Assembly: GCA_021129655.1 (NCBI GenBank)
Contig: JAJOLC010000043.1
Span: 1 to 38,177 of the forward strand
Reading direction: 5' to 3'
From: Minisyncoccota bacterium
GTDB taxonomy: Bacteria > Patescibacteriota > Minisyncoccia > Phycocordibacterales > UBA918
Length of the DNA: 38,177 nt
Positions 25,366 to 35,278 of this stretch are shown piece by piece; position 1 is the first letter of the stretch; each line of letters opens with the position of its first letter. The position numbers and the translations under genes were made by a program. The notes beneath the pieces were generated by a model. The model saw nothing but the letters and a program-made list of their open reading frames with translations, was not told where the DNA came from and made no database searches.

Positions 25366-27282
25366 TTATCTAATCACTACTCCATTATCTATCTCATGCC
25401 CCATCTCTTCTGATAGTTCTGTTGTAACAGCCTCGTCTCCATCTTGCAAGAGCGCGTTAGTAAATCTATCATTAGCACGCACTTGTTGTCGATTAAGAAG
25501 GGTCACAACCTGACCAACCTGAGAGGTACTCGGTAAAATACTAACCTGAAATGACAAGTCTTTCCGCTGACCAGAAGAGATATCACCGATTGCCCACTGA
25601 ATCTTTTTTGATACTGAATTATAAGTAACCACTCCTTCAGTTTCATATGAATCTAGCCATGTTACATGTAGAGGCAAAGATGTTTCTACTATTGTATTAG
25701 CTAAATCATTGGCCCCAGCCGACACTCCCAAGGAAAGATTATAAACTGTTTCTTCACCCACCTGAGGGGGAACCGGACCGGAAACTAAACTAGCCTGACT
25801 TCCAACACCTACAGTTGAGGAGTATTTTGCTTCAGCTCTAATTGTTCCGATTAAGGTTTCTTGTGCACTACTCTCTGCTACTCTTCGTGCATATACATTT
25901 ACTACCATATCGAATGAAGCAGTGGTGAGCTCTGGCCCTTGATGTACCGCAAATTCTAACGAACGTGAACCTCCAGGCAGGATACGGTCAAATGTGGAAT
26001 TATTAGAAACTTCCCAGCGTACAGTTTCATTATTTGAGTCATAGAATCCGGAAGAGCTTTTAATTGAGTTTTCTGCTAAAGCATTTCCGTTCGGAATGAT
26101 TTCTACCACCATGTCGTAAACTGTCTCATCCAGAGTGTTAGTAATATCTACCCTAACGCTTGATACTTCGTCCTGCCCGATAATAACCTTACGATCTGTA
26201 TCTCCATTAATATCAATTGCCACATCAATGAAGGGTCTCTCAATTATAAAGTCAGCTTTTGCTTCGGCCAATGTCGCCCCAACACTGTTTTGATTGTCTG
26301 GACTAGATGGGCCGGCATTGAAGTTGATTCGGAAAGTTTCTTCAGTCAAGCCTGACACAATTCCTTGCAGCTTAATCACAGCAGTCTGCTCAGGTAGAAG
26401 CTCTTCAATTCGCCAAACATTTTGACCATAAACTGGTGTGGGTTCTGAGGTTTCATAAGTAAAGCCATTAGGATATGAAGCCTCAATCAAAACATCGTGC
26501 AGCGGTGAAGACGCATTTGATACCGCCGTCATTACAATTTCTACCAACTGGCCAGAGGCTACTTTTTCAATACTTTCAATTCTAAGGACTAACGGTGACG
26601 AGCTAATCCGAAGGGCGAACGCTTCAGCATTTTTATAGAACATGCCATTCGAGCCATTAATCCTATATTCAACCGTAGCCTCGATAGATTTTTCTGCATG
26701 CTCTTCTCCAAAAATAGCTACTTTAACCGGTATATTCTGCACTTCTCCCGGGGCAATGTCATCAATAGGAACCCTCTCTTCAAAGAGGTTTCTTGGAGAA
26801 TCGCCCACAGACCTTGTTCCTGTTGGATATTTCAGAATCAGAGTAACCGACTCCATCACTACTGAGTTTTCATTTGAAACAGCTACCTGCAAAGGCACAA
26901 CCTCCCCTCCTCCAATCGCAGACGGGCCCAGCACAGAAATATATATATTGTCATTTGAAATCTTGTTTCCTCCAAAATATAAGAAAAGGCTCGATAGCCC
27001 TACCACAAAAATAAATATCAGCAGACTGCCCAGAAGAATAAAACTTCGGTAGTGACGTTTGGGTTTTTCTTCTGAGGACTGTTCATTACCTCCCGCAGCA
27101 TCTATACCCGATCGTAAATCGTTAGTGTTTCCTTCATTTGAGGAATCTGGAACCCAAGTTTTTGATACTTCTACTGGGGTGTCTGAAAGCTTATGGCGAA
27201 CAGGCTTGCTGTTCGTGGCTCCACGTTGATATAAACGCTTACGCATAGCGTCAATCTGGTCTTGAGAATGAAGATTATTCAT
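25366..27282 (-). CDS. Single-TM membrane protein with multiple Ig-like (DUF11-like) domains
   Basis: Cytoplasmic N-terminus, one TM, repeated beta-rich modules, GPVPPQVGEETVY. Confidence 0.75.
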   Translation of the reverse strand: MNNLHSQDQIDAMRKRLYQRGATNSKPVRHKLSDTPVEVSKTWVPDSSNEGNTNDLRSGIDAAGGNEQSSEEKPKRHYRSFILLGSLLIFIFVVGLSSLFLYFGGNKISNDNIYISVLGPSAIGGGEVVPLQVAVSNENSVVMESVTLILKYPTGTRSVGDSPRNLFEERVPIDDIAPGEVQNIPVKVAIFGEEHAEKSIEATVEYRINGSNGMFYKNAEAFALRISSSPLVLRIESIEKVASGQLVEIVMTAVSNASSPLHDVLIEASYPNGFTYETSEPTPVYGQNVWRIEELLPEQTAVIKLQGIVSGLTEETFRINFNAGPSSPDNQNSVGATLAEAKADFIIERPFIDVAIDINGDTDRKVIIGQDEVSSVRVDITNTLDETVYDMVVEIIPNGNALAENSIKSSSGFYDSNNETVRWEVSNNSTFDRILPGGSRSLEFAVHQGPELTTASFDMVVNVYARRVAESSAQETLIGTIRAEAKYSSTVGVGSQASLVSGPVPPQVGEETVYNLSLGVSAGANDLANTIVETSLPLHVTWLDSYETEGVVTYNSVSKKIQWAIGDISSGQRKDLSFQVSILPSTSQVGQVVTLLNRQQVRANDRFTNALLQDGDEAVTTELSEEMGHEIDNGVVIR

Positions 27283-27303
27283 AATGTTTAGTATAACACT
27301 GGC

Positions 27304-27882
27304 TTATAAATGACTTATGGACACTGCGTGGGCATACAGGCTGTTTACCTGTTTTTCGATACCGCTAGTATACTGAGCTGCAATATCTGCTGGCCTAGAA
27401 CCTCTAATAGTTTCAGGCACTGACTTAGTGTCTACATAGCCCAAGTGCGCAAGAATTTGCACCTGAACAGTCGTTTGAATAAAGGGGCGTTCTTTACTAG
27501 CACTAGACAACTCATCAAATGCTGCCATTACGTAGTCAAACAATTCTGGAGCCGGCTCTTCCCCTTTCACGAACCGTCGCAACAAACGAGACAGGCTTAC
27601 TACGCTGCCGCGAGCTTCTTTGTCTATTGATTCGTGATAGTAGTTTTTTAATGCTTCGATACTACCAACTTTCCAACTCACTTTACCCTTTATCAAGGAC
27701 ACACGAACCAAGGAAAACTCTTGCAAAGCGTACCGCTGGCGAGACCTCTCTTCACGAGCACTCCTTGCATCGGCATATAGCATACCTGCTTCACGAGTGA
27801 ACATGAGATAAGAACGGTCTGCAGTATTTCGATTATACGTACCGCACACCAAAGCTTTTGTTGTGTACGTTGTATAAGCCAT
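27304..27882 (-). CDS. recO: DNA repair protein RecO
   Basis: Y(T)TKALV, ADRSYLMFTREAG, ILAHLGY; translationally coupled to the ileS stop. Confidence 0.75.
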   Translation of the reverse strand: MAYTTYTTKALVCGTYNRNTADRSYLMFTREAGMLYADARSAREERSRQRYALQEFSLVRVSLIKGKVSWKVGSIEALKNYYHESIDKEARGSVVSLSRLLRRFVKGEEPAPELFDYVMAAFDELSSASKERPFIQTTVQVQILAHLGYVDTKSVPETIRGSRPADIAAQYTSGIEKQVNSLYAHAVSISHL

Positions 27883-30800
27883 TAAACTTTACGAATTTCA
27901 AAACAGAAAGAAAACTCGCCGATTTTGACCAAATCTCCTTCAGCTTCACCAAAGCTGACTTTGCTTGCCCCGACTGTTTTAACCAGTAATTCCTGGTGAG
28001 TCTCTACCGCAGCTTGTCCAGCTTCATCAGTATCAATCGTTAATTCAATTTCATCATGTGGTTCAAGCTTTCCTGCTTTCCTCTTGCTTTGAATTGCTCG
28101 CATCAACTCGCGCACAGCCCCCTCTTCCAGCAGAGCTGGTGTCAGCTCAGTGTCTAACTCAACCAGACTGTCGGCCTTCTCTTGAATCACGACTTGCTTA
28201 ACATTGACCTCAGACATAATTATCTCAGCATAGTCATCAGCCAAGACGATTCCTGCCCCGACTGTTAGTTTGGCCAGAGGTTGTCGCACTTTGCTGCTAG
28301 CCTTGGTTCGTAACTCCAAAGCTGCCGTTACCACTTCGCGTGTCTGCTGCATAGCAGTTAACCAACCCACTTCAACCTCTCCTTTGTCAGGCCAGGCTGC
28401 CAAATGAACACTTTCTGCTTCAGAGTCTGTTCGCACTGCTCGCCATAGATATTCTGCATAAAACGGCATAGCTGGAGCCATCACCAAGGCTAGTGTTTTT
28501 AGAGTGTGACGCAAGGTGGCTAAAGCCAGTGTCTTGTCCTCCTGGTCCTCTCCTTTAATTCTGTCACGTGAACGCCGTAGATACCAGACAGACAAATCAT
28601 CGATAAATTCAGTTATTGGTCTGTTGGCCTTATCCAATTCATAATTCTCATAGCCATCTGTCGCATCATTTACCAACTCATTCAAACGAGTCAGTATCCA
28701 CTTATCAAGAACTTGGTCGGAATTAGATGAAGCTTCCGTTCCATCGGCAAACATTTCATACATAGCCAACACATTGTGTAGACGACCTATGTTCTTTCGT
28801 TGTATTTCCAGTACTTCTTTTTCAGAGAAATTCAGATCTTCTCCTTTAACTGCTGATGAAGAGAGCAGGTAGAAACGCATCGCGTCTGCCCCGACAGTAT
28901 CGGCCACCTCCATTGGGTCTGGGTAGTTCTGTAATGACTTACTCATCTTGACCCCTTCTTCAGTTAGGATTGTTCCATTAACAATCACATTTTCGTATGG
29001 AGACTTTCCGAACAAGGCTGTCCCAAGCACTATTAGTGAGTAGAACCACCCTCTAGTCTGGTCTAAACCTTCAGCAATAAACTTAGCCGGGAATCGTTTA
29101 GCATCCACTTCTTCTTTGTTTTCAAACGGATAGTGGTGTTGGGCATATGGCATCGAACCACTTTCAAACCAACAGTCAAAGACGTCTGGTACTCTTTCTA
29201 ATTTAGTCTCCCCTTCAAACAACTCTATATCGTCGATATATGGTCGGTGAAAATCTAGTTCGTAATTATCGTTATGAGGCATCACAGCGAACGATAATTC
29301 CCGTACTTCTGCATTTTTATAGTAAGAATTAAACACCTTTAAACTATCCTTCATAGTCAACCCCTTAGCTGCTGACTCAAGCATACAAAGAGGGTCACCA
29401 TGGGACACGATTAGAATTTTTTTGTCTCGGTATTTTTTCTCTATCTCATAAATAAATTCACCCATTCTAATTCGGGTTTGAAGCAAGCTTTCCATTCCTG
29501 ATTTACTGTTCAGATACTCATCTTCCGTAGATTCAAATACACTCTCCTTTCTGCCCGAAGAAGCACCTTCTAATTCTCCCATTCCTGACTCACGTAATCT
29601 ATCGTCTACAATGACCTGCTCGGGTAACAACCCAAGTTCTGCCGCCAACAAATCAGCGGATTCTTTCGTTCTTTGCAGTGGGGAAGTAAAAATGTAATCA
29701 GGCTTTACTGAAAAGTTTTCCGCGGCCTTCTTTACCTGCTCTTCTCCTTTTTCTGTTATCGGATTATCTATTCCTGTTTCTCCATTCAAAAACCCTTCCA
29801 CGTTTGATACAGATTCTCCATGTCGCATCACAAAATATTCATTACCACTCTTTGGTACAAATTCCTGCAGATCAGACAGTGAGCCGCACACTTTATACTC
29901 TTCTGTCTCGGGATTTCGCCAGATTGGAATTGGTGCACCCCAATACCGCTGCCGACTTACCGACCAATCACGCGCTCCTTCTAACCACTTACCAAACCGA
30001 TTGGTTCCAACGTGGTCGGGCACCCAATTAACTTTTCTATTAGCTTCAACTAAATCATCTTTTATTTTGGTAACCTCAACAAACCACGATGTTGTTGCGT
30101 AGTTCAAAAGTGGGGTTTCGCAGCGCCAGCAATGGGGATAGCTGTGAACGATGTTTTGCTTTTTCAAAACCTTTCCTGATGCTTGCAGGGCTTTTAAGAT
30201 TTCTATATCAGTGTCTTTGTGGTCTACCCCGGCCTCGTCATCGTCTTTTGGTTTAACCAGCTGACCAGCAAAAAGTTCAATGAAGTCCATAAAGTGACCC
30301 GTCGGGTCAACATGGTGAACAATTGGAACCTTATGTTCTTGCGCCAGTTTCATATCGTCATCTCCATAGGCTGGGGCAATATGTACGGCACCAGTCCCCT
30401 CTTCTCCAACCTCTACATAGTCAGCATGATAAATAGTCCAAGCTTTATCTTTATTCTCGAAGTCCTGTTCGGCTAAGTACGGAAATGGTGGAGTGTACTT
30501 TCTGCCTATTAAATCTGCTCCTTTAAACTCATCGACCACCTGATGTTCAAATCCTTCTAGCTGCACCAGTCTATCTTTGGCCAAAATTACAAAACTTTCC
30601 CCAGACTCTTCTGACAGCTTAGCTTTTACATAATCTAGTTCCTGATGCACAGCAGCGGCCATATTGCCGGGCATAGTCCAGGGGGTAGTTGTCCAAATAA
30701 GTAGTGACGTGTCTGTCTCATTTCCAGACTCATCTAATAATGGCAACTTAACTGTAATAGATATATCCTTGATATCCTTGTAATTAAGATTAACTTCAAA

Positions 30801-31418
30801 GTTAGATAACGTAGTTCCGCAGCGCGGACACATGTGCATACTTTTGAACCCTTCATAGACCAACCCTTTCTGGTGCAGAGACTTAAATACCCACCACACA
30901 CTCTCAGTGTAAGTACTATCCATGGTTCTATAATCATCTTCCATATCAACAAACCGTCCCATACGGGGAATAATTTTCTGCCAATCATCAGCGTATTCCA
31001 TTACTGAGTCTCTGGCAGATTCATTGAATTTCTTGACACCATAATCTTCAATATCAAGTTTTGTCGCCAAACCAAGCTTCTTCTCAATCAAGTTCTCAAC
31101 TGGTAGACCGTGACAGTCCCAACCCCACTTTCGTCGAACTCTATAACCGTTCATCGTCCAAAACCTTGGAACAGCATCCTTAATTGTGCCGGCTAAAATA
31201 TGACCATAGTGTGGGAGCCCAGTAGCAAATGGGGGCCCGTCATAAAATTCAAAATCACCCTTAGGTTCCCTACCGGCTGGGTTTTGTACGCTTTTATTAA
31301 AAATATCATGCTCTTCCCAAAAAGCCTGAATCGTTTCTTCCCGTTCTGCAACTTCCGACTTTTTGACCTCTTTTACGACTTCTACAGAGCCGTTTTCTCT
31401 ACCGTTTTGTTTAGACAT
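27882..31418 (-). CDS. ileS: Isoleucine--tRNA ligase (type 2) with an inserted histidine-phosphatase domain
   Basis: FYDGPPFATGLPHYGH, WTTTPWT, YPHCWRC, EGLDQTRGWFY, KMSKS; insertion carrying RHGES...SPLQRT...LRE...SHGD. Confidence 0.96.
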   Translation of the reverse strand: MSKQNGRENGSVEVVKEVKKSEVAEREETIQAFWEEHDIFNKSVQNPAGREPKGDFEFYDGPPFATGLPHYGHILAGTIKDAVPRFWTMNGYRVRRKWGWDCHGLPVENLIEKKLGLATKLDIEDYGVKKFNESARDSVMEYADDWQKIIPRMGRFVDMEDDYRTMDSTYTESVWWVFKSLHQKGLVYEGFKSMHMCPRCGTTLSNFEVNLNYKDIKDISITVKLPLLDESGNETDTSLLIWTTTPWTMPGNMAAAVHQELDYVKAKLSEESGESFVILAKDRLVQLEGFEHQVVDEFKGADLIGRKYTPPFPYLAEQDFENKDKAWTIYHADYVEVGEEGTGAVHIAPAYGDDDMKLAQEHKVPIVHHVDPTGHFMDFIELFAGQLVKPKDDDEAGVDHKDTDIEILKALQASGKVLKKQNIVHSYPHCWRCETPLLNYATTSWFVEVTKIKDDLVEANRKVNWVPDHVGTNRFGKWLEGARDWSVSRQRYWGAPIPIWRNPETEEYKVCGSLSDLQEFVPKSGNEYFVMRHGESVSNVEGFLNGETGIDNPITEKGEEQVKKAAENFSVKPDYIFTSPLQRTKESADLLAAELGLLPEQVIVDDRLRESGMGELEGASSGRKESVFESTEDEYLNSKSGMESLLQTRIRMGEFIYEIEKKYRDKKILIVSHGDPLCMLESAAKGLTMKDSLKVFNSYYKNAEVRELSFAVMPHNDNYELDFHRPYIDDIELFEGETKLERVPDVFDCWFESGSMPYAQHHYPFENKEEVDAKRFPAKFIAEGLDQTRGWFYSLIVLGTALFGKSPYENVIVNGTILTEEGVKMSKSLQNYPDPMEVADTVGADAMRFYLLSSSAVKGEDLNFSEKEVLEIQRKNIGRLHNVLAMYEMFADGTEASSNSDQVLDKWILTRLNELVNDATDGYENYELDKANRPITEFIDDLSVWYLRRSRDRIKGEDQEDKTLALATLRHTLKTLALVMAPAMPFYAEYLWRAVRTDSEAESVHLAAWPDKGEVEVGWLTAMQQTREVVTAALELRTKASSKVRQPLAKLTVGAGIVLADDYAEIIMSEVNVKQVVIQEKADSLVELDTELTPALLEEGAVRELMRAIQSKRKAGKLEPHDEIELTIDTDEAGQAAVETHQELLVKTVGASKVSFGEAEGDLVKIGEFSFCFEIRKV

Positions 31419-31542
31419 AAAAATATTGTATGCATATCAGACATAATAATGCCCCTTTGGCATCGCCATTGGAAATACCCTTGGGGTGAAGCAACGTATC
31501 AGGCTGCTTTTGAATGGTAGCATGATTATTTAGTTTGAACAG

Positions 31543-31576
31543 AAAAACCGGACGTCTTTTTTGACATCCGGTTTTT
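31543..31576 (-). terminator. Intrinsic terminator
   Basis: aaaaaccggatgtc-aaaaaa-gacgtccggttttt on the minus strand; the single mismatch is a G-U pair on this strand. Confidence 0.75.
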
Positions 31577-31580
31577 TATA

Positions 31581-31821
31581 GGGAGCGAAATCTCCAATGA
31601 ACATAATCAACGATTCAGCACTGTCCTCTATATCTACCAAACCGGTGAGGGCCAGACAATTCTGTTTCGGAAACAAGTTCCTATAAATATGATTCTTGTA
31701 AGTCTTTTGTTGTGATAACACTAGCTTTTGCTTGTACAATCACCCATCCTTTACAGAAAATTTTTAATACCGGGACACATCTTGTATCATCAGTACCACT
31801 CCAATACAGAGCCTTTGTCTA
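31581..31821 (-). ncRNA. Candidate ~240-nt structured non-coding transcript
   Basis: Extended -10 TGCTATATT at 31836-31828, several hairpins, ends at the terminator 31576-31543; family not recognised. Confidence 0.3.
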
Positions 31822-32029
31822 CTAAAAAATATAGCAGCCAGCATTTTTATGACCAGATGTAATACCCTGACGCGCGCAATTTTGTACGCATATTTATCTG
31901 TAAAATAACTAGCCTAGTGCGTCCATTATTACAAATATACATTTGTACCTCCATTCAACCACTGAATCTTTTTGTAAATTACCCTCAACAAGACCTCATG
32001 TCAAGGTTAGTTCTTATTCGATACTCTTA

Positions 32030-32320
32030 TTACGCAGGATCCTTCTTTTGGTACATAGACTCTTCCCTACTTCCACTCAGCGGCTCATCCCAACCATCCC
32101 TTGTTTTTTCTCCAGGAAAGTTTCCCGGGTTCTCCTCATCATTGGCAGACAAATTCTCTTCTAGAGCTTTTGCTTTCTCAGCAGAGCCTTTCTCGATTTC
32201 TTCAGCATGCTCTTTAGCATAAGCCTCCATCTCTTCGATTGTTTTGCCTGTCCTTGCTTCTGATTCTTTCTTCTCTCGCTTCTCTACTTTACCGAACCCT
32301 TCAAAAAATCCTCCTAACAT
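32030..32320 (-). CDS. Hypothetical charged protein
   Basis: 96 aa, E/K-rich, co-oriented with neighbours, AT-rich upstream region. Confidence 0.6.
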   Translation of the reverse strand: MLGGFFEGFGKVEKREKKESEARTGKTIEEMEAYAKEHAEEIEKGSAEKAKALEENLSANDEENPGNFPGEKTRDGWDEPLSGSREESMYQKKDPA

Positions 32321-32360
32321 AATATCTATTTCCTAAAAATAATCTTTATATAACTATACC

Positions 32361-33440
32361 TTACTGTATTTTAACCACCACCTTTTTAGGGGGGCTGTCA
32401 GTATCAATTCTCACCACCTCTCTTCCCAGCACCTGCCCTCTTTCGGTCTCTACTGAACAGCGCCATACACCATCAAAGAAATTGCTCATAGCTGTATAAC
32501 CACGGTAACCTCCTTTATTGGCACCAGAGATTCCGTATCCTAAACGAAAGTGCTGCTGCCAGTCCCCTGCTTCATCCTGATATTCCCAGCGATGAAATAC
32601 TTCAGTGGATAATCTTGTTGGTGCGTAAACGCGCGCGAAGCAGGCTATGGAATTATTGGTTGGATGTAATACTGGACGCACCAACGGTAACCTTCGATAC
32701 CAAGGCTGAATCTCAATCTCAACTCGGTAACTACCATTACTTAACCTATCTACTGACTGCACCACTTCTAGCTCAGTCAGTGATAGTGGTATAGGAGGTA
32801 TAACATTTGTGAAATACAGAGCATTAAATCCAATATAAATAGCTCCGATTGTAACAATCACTCTGGAGGTATTCGCCTCCATGAAATTTGGAATAATACG
32901 ATATAGGGCTTGTACCAAAAAGGTCACAATCATCAGGGCAATCAGTCCGCTCAAAATAAATATCCCGTCTCCCATTTTTCCGATTATTACCGGGACCACC
33001 AAAACTATGTATGAGTATAGTCCTACGAAATAAAGAGCTATGTGATAAATGAGTCGGTCAGATCGTTTACTAACAAACTCGTTACCGATGATAATAGCCA
33101 AAATCATCAACAGGAACGGCGCACTTGCCAGCCAGTCACCGCTCCGGCCATAGAAAATTAACATTCCAGATAACAAGCCACCAAAAGCATACTGCATCAA
33201 AACTGGTATGTATTTTTTTATCCAAGTCGAAAAGAACCTCGGTCCCTTTTCCGCCACTCCAACGTATAGCAGCAGGATGGTGCTGGTAGAGAGCACTACG
33301 TAGAAGAACAAAATCACGTTGTCTACCACGTCGTCGATTCGATTAAGAAGAATTAAGTCAGTAAGAAAACCGAGCAAGAAGGCTACTGACAACCAGTGCT
33401 TTCTTAACCGACTTACAACCGCTTTAACGTTCTCGGGCAT
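32361..33440 (-). CDS. DUF2914-domain membrane protein
   Basis: Multi-TM N-terminus; YAPTRLSTEVFHRW, GGYRGYT, GVWRCSVETERGQVLGR. Confidence 0.8.
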   Translation of the reverse strand: MPENVKAVVSRLRKHWLSVAFLLGFLTDLILLNRIDDVVDNVILFFYVVLSTSTILLLYVGVAEKGPRFFSTWIKKYIPVLMQYAFGGLLSGMLIFYGRSGDWLASAPFLLMILAIIIGNEFVSKRSDRLIYHIALYFVGLYSYIVLVVPVIIGKMGDGIFILSGLIALMIVTFLVQALYRIIPNFMEANTSRVIVTIGAIYIGFNALYFTNVIPPIPLSLTELEVVQSVDRLSNGSYRVEIEIQPWYRRLPLVRPVLHPTNNSIACFARVYAPTRLSTEVFHRWEYQDEAGDWQQHFRLGYGISGANKGGYRGYTAMSNFFDGVWRCSVETERGQVLGREVVRIDTDSPPKKVVVKIQ

Positions 33441-33488
33441 ATCAGCATCATACCAAACAACCTAAGTTGGTAGGTGTGTATAAATTAT

Positions 33489-34757
33489 TTATTCGAACTT
33501 ATCCGGCACTGGAAAGGCCTCACAAAGCTCTGTCACCTCTGCTTTAATAGTCGCTTTTTCTGCTTCGTCGTCTTTAGCTTTCATAGTTCGAATCATGAGC
33601 TCTGCCAATTTCTCAGCCTCGTTCTCTTTCATTCCTCTGGTAGTCATGGCTGGTGTCCCAAAGCGTATTCCTGACGGATCTAGTGCAGTTCTCGGCTCGT
33701 CAGCAATCATGTTTTTATTGAGAGTAATACCAACTTCATCTAGCAGTGCTTCTGCTTCTTGTCCGGTCAAATCGAGTGACGCATGAACATCAGCCAACAG
33801 TAAGTGATTGTCTGTACCTCCACAAAGGAGTCGTATGTCATGTGCCTTAAATATTTTTTCCATCGCCTTGGCATTCTTGAGAATCTGTTCAGCGTAAGTT
33901 TTGAAGCTTGGCCTCATCGCTTCCCCAAAAGCAACTGCTTTGGCAGCCACTGCGTGCATATGAGGACCGCCCTGCATGCCAGGAAAGACGGCTTTATTGA
34001 TACGTTTTGCTATTTCCGCATCTTCTCTCACCATAATCATTCCTCCTCTAGGTCCTCGTAATGTTTTGTGGGTAGTAGTAGTCATCACATCAAATCCAAA
34101 ATCAAACGGGTTCTTGGCTACTCCAGCAGCAATCAAGCCGGCAATATGAGCTACATCAGCCACAGCATAGGCACCCACCTCTTTTGCAATATCAACAAAT
34201 TTTTGATAATCCAACTCGCGGCTGTACGAAGAAAATCCAGCAAGAATGATTTTTGGTTTTTCTTTCAAAGCCACTTCGCGCAGTTCGTCGTAATCAATTT
34301 CCCCAGTATTAACGTCCTTCATTTTGTAACGCACAAAGTTGAACACTTTGTTTATAGCAGTAGTTGGATGACCGTGAGTTAAGTGTCCGCCGTGAGACAA
34401 ATCCATTCCTAGTACAGTGTCGCCCGGATCCATCAGAGCAAAATACATAGACACATTAGCGGCTGCTCCTCCTAAAGGCTGCACGTTTACATACCCGGCA
34501 CTAAAAAGTTTCTTAGCCCGGTCAATTGCCAAAGTCTCAATCGCATCAGTGAATTCCTGGCCGCCATAATAACGACGCCCAGGATAGCCTTCAGCGTACT
34601 TGTTAGTAAGGACAGATCCATTAGCTTCACGAACAGCTCGACTCACGTAGTTCTCACTAGGAATCAGCTCTACACCAGTTCGCTCTCTCTCTTCTTCTCC
34701 TTCCAGAATTTCATATACTTCTTTGTCTTGTTGCTTGATTGATTGATATTCATTCAT
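33489..34757 (-). CDS. glyA: Serine hydroxymethyltransferase
   Basis: ELIPSENY, NKYAEGYPGRRYYGG, TTTHKTLRGPRGG. Confidence 0.98.
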   Translation of the reverse strand: MNEYQSIKQQDKEVYEILEGEEERERTGVELIPSENYVSRAVREANGSVLTNKYAEGYPGRRYYGGQEFTDAIETLAIDRAKKLFSAGYVNVQPLGGAAANVSMYFALMDPGDTVLGMDLSHGGHLTHGHPTTAINKVFNFVRYKMKDVNTGEIDYDELREVALKEKPKIILAGFSSYSRELDYQKFVDIAKEVGAYAVADVAHIAGLIAAGVAKNPFDFGFDVMTTTTHKTLRGPRGGMIMVREDAEIAKRINKAVFPGMQGGPHMHAVAAKAVAFGEAMRPSFKTYAEQILKNAKAMEKIFKAHDIRLLCGGTDNHLLLADVHASLDLTGQEAEALLDEVGITLNKNMIADEPRTALDPSGIRFGTPAMTTRGMKENEAEKLAELMIRTMKAKDDEAEKATIKAEVTELCEAFPVPDKFE

Positions 34758-34792
34758 GGCTGGTGTTTATTAAACAAATTTATAAATAGCCC

Positions 34793-35215
34793 TTACACTC
34801 CTGTGCTTCCAAAACCTCCTTCTCCCCGCTCAGTATCTGACAATTCATCTACCAACACCATCTCTGGCTGTTCAACCTTCTGAATTAGAATCTGAGAAAC
34901 CTTTTCTCCAATTTCAAATGACTGAGCCTTGTCTGTTGTGTTCAGTAGAGCTACTTTTATTTCTCCTCGGTAACCAGCATCAATAACACCAGCCATTGTT
35001 TTAATACCCCGCTTCACCGCTAGGCCGCTTTTGTCCCAAACTAGTCCCACGTACCCTTCTGGGATAGCCATCGCTATGCCTGTAGACACCAACACCCTTT
35101 CTCCTGGCTTCAATTCGACCGCCTCATCGGCGAATAAATCCATTCCGGCATCTGTGGTGTGTGCGAAAACTGGCACGACAGCAGTTTCTGTAAGTTTTTT
35201 TATTTGAAGTTGCAT
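34793..35215 (-). CDS. dut: dUTP diphosphatase
   Basis: DAGMDL, KSGLA, GVIDAGYRGE, RGEGGFGSTG; start at ATG 35215. Confidence 0.96.
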   Translation of the reverse strand: MQLQIKKLTETAVVPVFAHTTDAGMDLFADEAVELKPGERVLVSTGIAMAIPEGYVGLVWDKSGLAVKRGIKTMAGVIDAGYRGEIKVALLNTTDKAQSFEIGEKVSQILIQKVEQPEMVLVDELSDTERGEGGFGSTGV

Positions 35216-35236
35216 GAGCAATGATTATACCAAATA

Positions 35237-35278
35237 GTAACAAGGGTCGGAAAGCTTTCGCTTTCCGACCCTTGTTAC
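35237..35278 (-). terminator. 19-bp perfect inverted repeat after tmk
   Basis: gtaacaagggtcggaaagc/gctttccgacccttgttac with a GAAA loop on the minus strand. Confidence 0.65.

Noticed and set aside
31785..31805. GGAGTGGTAC on the minus strand resembling a T-box sequence upstream of ileS
   Set aside because: It lies at the 5' end of the putative transcript, ~210 nt from the terminator, with no preceding stem I and no antiterminator partner.
32312..32339. TTTTTAGGAAA-TAGATA-TTATGTTAGGA (minus strand), dif-like
   Set aside because: The right arm is simply the start codon context of the 96-aa gene, and the left arm lacks XerC consensus.
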